Shown here: positions 62,007 through 64,000 of the stretch, piece after piece
How positions within the stretch are numbered: the stretch's first letter is position 1
Layout: every line of letters starts with the position of its first letter
Position numbers and translations under genes: made by a program
Notes under the pieces: model-generated
The model's database searches: none
What the model saw: the letters and a program-made list of their open reading frames with translations, nothing else
Told to the model about the DNA's origin: nothing
Assembly (NCBI GenBank): GCA_045863235.1
Contig: BTUM01000034.1
Span: 1 to 64,000, forward strand
Direction of reading: 5' to 3'
From: Candidatus Xenobia bacterium
GTDB taxonomy: Bacteria; Vulcanimicrobiota; Xenobia; Xenobiales; QWHO01
DNA length: 64,000 nt

Positions 62007-63365
62007 TCAAGGGCTCCAGGCCAGGCAGACGGCGGTCTGATCATCGCGCTGGCGGGACTCCTCCAGAAACTCGGTCAGCTCCGTCTTGAGGCGCTCCATC
62101 AAGCTGGCTGCGTCCAACGCGGCATTGCGGCTCAGGCAGGCCAGCAACCGTTGCTCGCCAAAGTCAGCCCCTTCCTCGCTTGCGCACTCGGTGATGCCGT
62201 CGGTGTAGAGGATGAGGCGGTCGCCGGGCTCGAGTCGCACGACCTCGTCTCGGAAGACGGTGTCCTCGAAGATTCCCAGGGGAAAGCTGCCCTCCGAATC
62301 GACCACCCGGGCTCGAGACTCGTTCCGGCTCAGCTGCAGCGGCGGGGGATGGCCGCAGCGCACGAAGCTGAAGGTGCCCGTGCGGCTATCCAGGATGCCG
62401 TAGAGCAGGGTGAAGTACAGCCCGGCCGTGTGCGCTTGAGGGAAGCGCCGGTTGAGCTCGCCCGCCACGGCTGCCGGAGCCACCAGCTCAAAGCCTCCGC
62501 CCAGGCGCGGACGTCGGAGCAAGCCGCCCTGGCGGGGATTGGGGTGCAAAACCCGGCTGACCGAGACCGAAAGCAAGGCGGCCGGCACGCCATGGCCCGA
62601 GACATCGAGCACCCAGACGGCCAGGTGATGATCGTCCAGAGCGAAGACGTTGAACATGTCGCCCGCCACGTGCGAGCAGGCCGTGAACATCCAGCCTACC
62701 TCCACGGCCTTGATGCGCGGAGCCTGCTGGGGCAAGAGCGCCCTTTGCACCCGCCCGGCGGCCGAAAGATCGGCTTTGAGCTGGCGGTGGCTGCGATCCA
62801 CCTCGTGGAAGCGGCGCAGCAGGTCGCGGCCGGCATCCTCGAGCAGGTCGAGCTGGCGCTCCAGCACTGCCTTACGGGGGTCGCGCACGCGCAGGGTCTG
62901 GTAGACCAGGCCCAGGGTCAACAGCATGGCCAGAAGGCTCTCCCCCTGGCTGGCCAGGGCGGCTCGTTGCCGACTGGAAGACGATTGCTCCTGCATGAGC
63001 AGGCCCACGCGAAAGGCCATCCGGCCGCAGTCGAGCTCGAGCTGGCGGAGGGAAGGGCGGGGCTCGAGGGGGGGGAAGATCACTGCCTCGCGGTCGGCGG
63101 GGGGCAGGGCCTCATAAAGCTGCAGAGCGTGACGCGCTTCCTCCAGGGGAGCCTCCTCATCGCTCTGACGGGTCAGAGAACGAACTCGCTCGAGCTGAAC
63201 CGCAAGGTCCGACAGGGCCTGCTGGCGGCCCAGCTCACGCTCGAGCAGCTGGTCCTGCCAGCGGCCAAAGAAGAGCAGCAGTCCGGCCAGACCGACAAGC
63301 AGCACCATGCCCGGACGGCTGGCCGGGCGAGGACTTGGTGACTGCGGTAGCCTGTCGATGTCCAT
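62007..63365 (-). CDS. Membrane PP2C/SpoIIE (RsbU-type) Ser phosphatase
   Basis: TM segments and a coiled coil, then VQRALLP, AGDMF, LDVSGHG, GHPPP, LYTDGITE and DDQT. The start is uncertain. Confidence 0.9.
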   Translation of the reverse strand: MDIDRLPQSPSPRPASRPGMVLLVGLAGLLLFFGRWQDQLLERELGRQQALSDLAVQLERVRSLTRQSDEEAPLEEARHALQLYEALPPADREAVIFPPLEPRPSLRQLELDCGRMAFRVGLLMQEQSSSSRQRAALASQGESLLAMLLTLGLVYQTLRVRDPRKAVLERQLDLLEDAGRDLLRRFHEVDRSHRQLKADLSAAGRVQRALLPQQAPRIKAVEVGWMFTACSHVAGDMFNVFALDDHHLAVWVLDVSGHGVPAALLSVSVSRVLHPNPRQGGLLRRPRLGGGFELVAPAAVAGELNRRFPQAHTAGLYFTLLYGILDSRTGTFSFVRCGHPPPLQLSRNESRARVVDSEGSFPLGIFEDTVFRDEVVRLEPGDRLILYTDGITECASEEGADFGEQRLLACLSRNAALDAASLMERLKTELTEFLEESRQRDDQTAVCLAWSP

Positions 63366-63473
63366 GGCGATGCAACCCCCCGAGGCGGAAAAGCTGGCCA
63401 GACCGCCCCGGATTCCAGCATAGAACAATCGACGAATTCGGTCTGTGAGACCGAGCACAACTTGAGGCCCTGC

Positions 63474-64000
63474 TCAGGCGGGAGCGCAAAAAGAGCGCAG
63501 GCGGCCGATTTCGGTCACGAAGCGCCCGCCTTTGACCGGGTCAAGCGGCTCGGCTTGCAGACCGGGGACCCGCTTGACCGCCTCGTAGCGATCGTCGGCG
63601 CACTCCTCGGGACGACCGGCCAGGTTCCACACGCGGGCCCGCTCCAGCCAGACCTCGGCATCCTCGGGAAAGCGCTCGAGCAGGCCCGTCAGGTCGGCGC
63701 CGGCTGCCATCCAGTCGCCCAGGTGGACATTGGCCCGAGCCCGGTTGAAGAGCGCCGCTGGATGGTCGGGAACCAGCTTGAGAACAGCCTCGGTATCGGC
63801 CTGAGCGCGCGAGGCGTGACCCCGGGTGAGATAGCAGCCCGATCGGTTGATCAGCACCGGCACCCAGCCGGGAATCCGATGGAGCAGTTCGGCGTAGTCT
63901 TCCATGGCCTCGGGCACCCGGCCCTGGGACTGCAGCATGGCGGCGCGGAAAAAGAGGGCGTCGTTGTTTTGAGGGTTCAGAGTCACGGCTCGGGTAGCCG
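63474..64000 (-). CDS. TPR repeat protein (5' end probably outside the window)
   Basis: Successive TPR helices (FFRAA...A..DY, INRS..Y, FNRA.A...LG). Confidence 0.8.
   Translation of the reverse strand, partial: ATRAVTLNPQNNDALFFRAAMLQSQGRVPEAMEDYAELLHRIPGWVPVLINRSGCYLTRGHASRAQADTEAVLKLVPDHPAALFNRARANVHLGDWMAAGADLTGLLERFPEDAEVWLERARVWNLAGRPEECADDRYEAVKRVPGLQAEPLDPVKGGRFVTEIGRLRSFCAPA

Overview
High-GC bacterial chromosomal window with about 55 CDS, mostly housekeeping, metabolic and signalling genes. I found no CRISPR array, prophage or intact transposase. Recognisable genes, in order: a xanthine-dehydrogenase-family FAD/[2Fe-2S]/Mo operon, a eukaryote-type glutathione synthetase, 6S RNA, rpsT, ahcY, an Hpt-ftcD-hutI-psuG-nif3 operon, thrB-tilS-ftsH, a Ser/Thr kinase-WD40 protein, ligA, a double-LOG protein, a GH30 hydrolase, a TetR gene with three visible operators, two YkgJ/FliB-like paralogs, a CHASE2-cyclase/FecR-like/TPR-CHAT cluster, initiator tRNA-Met, glgX and a DAHP synthase-prephenate dehydratase fusion. 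The most unusual items are (1) a circularly permuted tRNA-mimic RNA (YrlA/Y-RNA architecture) at ~51911-52045 with its own promoter and terminator but no Ro60/TROVE gene in the window, (2) a 58-bp double-hairpin tandem array at ~61696-61960, (3) five exactly 11-bp-phased GGCAAC-like boxes at 6908-6957, (4) an orphan TyrH/SfmD-like heme oxygenase candidate, (5) several apparently leaderless genes, and (6) several enzymes with a shared low-complexity N-terminal extension that may be a non-Sec export signal. All family assignments come from motif recognition by eye; no searches were run. Start codons were adjusted from the ORF track using RBS, -10 and overlap evidence.
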